Shown: positions 62,300 to 64,000 of the stretch, in pieces
Layout: each line of letters starts with the position of its first letter
Position numbering within the stretch: the first letter of the stretch is position 1
Source: Escherichia coli
GTDB lineage: Bacteria; Pseudomonadota; Gammaproteobacteria; Enterobacterales; Enterobacteriaceae
Direction: 5' to 3' (one strand)
DNA: 64,000 nucleotides
Assembly: GCF_050920415.1 (NCBI RefSeq)
Contig: NZ_CP169309.1
Notes under the pieces: model-generated
What the model saw: only the letters and a program-made list of their open reading frames with translations
Told to the model about the DNA's origin: nothing
The model's database searches: none
Made by a program: the position numbers and the translations under genes

Positions 62300-63400
62300 A
62301 TGAAGTGGTTTAAGCATGATAGCGATGCGAACCGCGATGAAAAGCTCCAAAACGTTTTGCTTGATTATGGTCTGGAAGGATACGGGCTTTACTGGTATTG
62401 CATCGAGTTAATAGCTTATGAAGTAGATCAACATAATCTGACATTCGAACTAAAACACGATGCGAGAATTATTGCCCGTAACGTCGGATCAACTCCGAAA
62501 CGTGTAGAAGAAATGATGAGATACTTCATCGAAGTTGGCTTGTTCGATTGCTCGCATGGCGTTGTAAGATGCCTGTCGTTAGCAAAAAGACTTGATCAAT
62601 CAATGGCTTCATCAAAAAGCGAATTTAGGGAAGCAATTAAAAGGCTAAACGTCAAAAAAAATAAAAAGTTAGATAATCCTTTAGTGGAAGTAAATAATTC
62701 ACCAGATACAGAAAAAGAAAAAGAAAAACCATGGCACAACCATGATGCAGCCATGGCACAACCATGTCATAGCCATGGATTAGAAGTAGAAGTAGAAGAA
62801 GAAATAGAAAAAGATATATACACTTCGTGTATTAGCGAAAATGGACAAAAAACGGTCAATCAGGACGGTGTAAGCGAAGCTGCCTTGCGTTGCCTGGCTT
62901 TCTACAACGAAAAGGCAGGATGCAAGTGTCGTGATACTAAGCCATTCATCGAACTACTGACAGAAACAAAAACACGTAAGGCATATACGGAGGAAGAGAT
63001 CACATTAGTAATTGAGTGGGCTTTAACCCAATGGCGTAGCCGTGGTGGAGTACCTAAGCCTATCAACATTTGCCGGGTAACTAAGTTTGATGGGTATCTG
63101 GCTGATGCTGAACAATGGCGCAAGTTATCAGCTACTGTAAACGCTGCCGACGTGGTGGGAGAATTTAACAGCACGTTTGACGGCCTGTTACCACCTGCCG
63201 AACTGGATCGGGATCTTGAACGCAAGATCTATGCGTTCACTGACTACCTGAAAGACAAAAGTATTAACGGCTTTGTCGCCTACTTCGAAACGTTCAAAAA
63301 CACGGCTTCAGATTTTTACTTCGGCAATGGCTTCACTGCGACACTTGATTTTCTGCTTAAACCAAAAACGCTACGTGATACACGCGCTGGCGTTCTTTGA
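62300..63400 (+). CDS. Replication initiation protein (DUF4373-like N-terminus plus conserved phage C-terminal domain)
   Basis: 366 aa; MKWFKHDSDANRDEKLQ...GYGLYWYCIELI is typical of DUF4373; C-terminal half resembles the phage replication conserved C-terminus. Confidence 0.6.
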   Translation: MKWFKHDSDANRDEKLQNVLLDYGLEGYGLYWYCIELIAYEVDQHNLTFELKHDARIIARNVGSTPKRVEEMMRYFIEVGLFDCSHGVVRCLSLAKRLDQSMASSKSEFREAIKRLNVKKNKKLDNPLVEVNNSPDTEKEKEKPWHNHDAAMAQPCHSHGLEVEVEEEIEKDIYTSCISENGQKTVNQDGVSEAALRCLAFYNEKAGCKCRDTKPFIELLTETKTRKAYTEEEITLVIEWALTQWRSRGGVPKPINICRVTKFDGYLADAEQWRKLSATVNAADVVGEFNSTFDGLLPPAELDRDLERKIYAFTDYLKDKSINGFVAYFETFKNTASDFYFGNGFTATLDFLLKPKTLRDTRAGVL

Positions 63401-63533
63401 CCAACCACGATCCGCAAAAATCCAAAATTACCCATAAAACAACCTCACCAGCGAGCTAAATAGCATATGCTGCTACACTTGCTTACCTTTTTGCGATTAG
63501 CTCGTTATAGAGCGTTACAGAGAGGATTTTAAA

Positions 63534-63635
63534 ATGGACGGTAAACACGTTTTCGCCCTGGCCTTTGCCATCGCTGCGGCAATCGCTGTTAACGTCGCTT
63601 TGTTCGGCGGTTTGTACCTTCTCGTTAATCCATAA
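63534..63635 (+). CDS. 33-aa single-TM peptide
   Basis: My translation: MDGKHVFALAFAIAAAIAVNVALFGGLYLLVNP; AGAGG SD. Confidence 0.35.
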   Translation: MDGKHVFALAFAIAAAIAVNVALFGGLYLLVNP

Positions 63636-63796
63636 CCTACCTACCAGTCTGTAAATCGAAAATTAGCCACCTGATAGCGCCTCTGGCGCAAAAAAGACAC
63701 TGCACCCTTACAAGTGGGTTACGCGGTGGAATTTTGCGTTGTAGCGCGTTTTACGGAAAATAAATATACATTCTGTAAACATGAGGAAGTAACATT

Positions 63797-64000
63797 ATGT
63801 CGCAAAGAAAGATCAGCGATGAGGAATTAATCGCTGAGTACAAGAAGGGGAAAACTTACAAGCAAATAGCCGAAGAATATGGAATGGCAAAACGCAACGT
63901 CGAACGACTGGGCGCGCGGTTGGCGAAACGCGGTTTAATATCCACGCGTCGCGCGCCGGGTTTTGGCGTCAATGGTGAGTCTTTGCTCGTTGATAAAGAT
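63797..64000 (+). CDS. HTH protein, 5' part (continues beyond window)
   Basis: MSQRKISDEELIAEYKKGKTYKQIAEEYGMAKRNVERL resembles resolvase/sigma-type HTH; GAGGAAG SD; open to the window end. Confidence 0.4.
   Translation, partial: MSQRKISDEELIAEYKKGKTYKQIAEEYGMAKRNVERLGARLAKRGLISTRRAPGFGVNGESLLVDKD

Larger units (their letters stand above)
17262..64000. mobile_element. Siphovirus-type prophage, partial (left junction in mppA 5' end; right end beyond window)
   Basis: About 47 kb of contiguous phage structural, lysis, nin-like, recombination, immunity and replication genes; host-like sequence stops near 17261. Confidence 0.9.

Noticed and set aside
63421-63510. Inverted repeat CGAGCTAA...TTAGCTCG after the replication gene as a replication origin
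   Set aside because: The arms are only 8 bp with a roughly 38-nt spacer, and I saw no iterons or AT-rich unwinding element. The support is too weak.
17262-64000. CRISPR arrays, tRNA/tmRNA genes, integrase, transposase/IS elements, retron or DGR reverse transcriptase inside the prophage part
   Set aside because: None recognised: no regularly spaced repeats, no cloverleaf-like sequence at the junction, and no large ORF with recombinase or RT motifs. An integrase may lie beyond 64000.

Overview
The window has two parts. Bases 1-17261 are ordinary E. coli core chromosome, inverted relative to the K-12 map: ttcA (partial), dbpA, FnrS sRNA, zntB, dgcM, smrA, McaS sRNA, abgR, abgABT, ogt, fnr, uspE, ynaJ, ynaI and mppA. 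From about 17262 to the window end at 64000 lies a siphovirus-type prophage; its far end and any integrase are outside the window. The junction falls inside the first codons of mppA, and phage DNA supplies a substitute promoter and signal peptide. On the minus strand the prophage encodes a lambda-like tail tip (J/I/K/L/M, tape measure), a head module (DUF2213-type scaffold, capsid, Mu-F/gp7-like protein, DUF1073 portal), TerS/TerL and a SAR-endolysin lysis cassette. Further along the same strand are about 35 tiny early genes, a Q-like antiterminator, RusA, NinG, two DNA methyltransferases, SSB, Erf, an Arg-rich N-like protein with nut sites, and a CI-like repressor. Replication genes diverge on the plus strand. 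Points for follow-up, all found by eye: (1) a tandem array of ten 22-31-codon single-helix membrane mini-ORFs upstream of terS, below the 60-aa track cutoff; (2) a 14-bp element, CCATTTTGTA[AT]ACT, recurring in about ten prophage intergenic regions; (3) four opposite-strand moron cassettes that break up the tail operon; (4) a G13 tract, a perfect CRP-type palindrome and a homopolymer frameshift. I had no search tools, so every family assignment rests on recognised motifs and memory.
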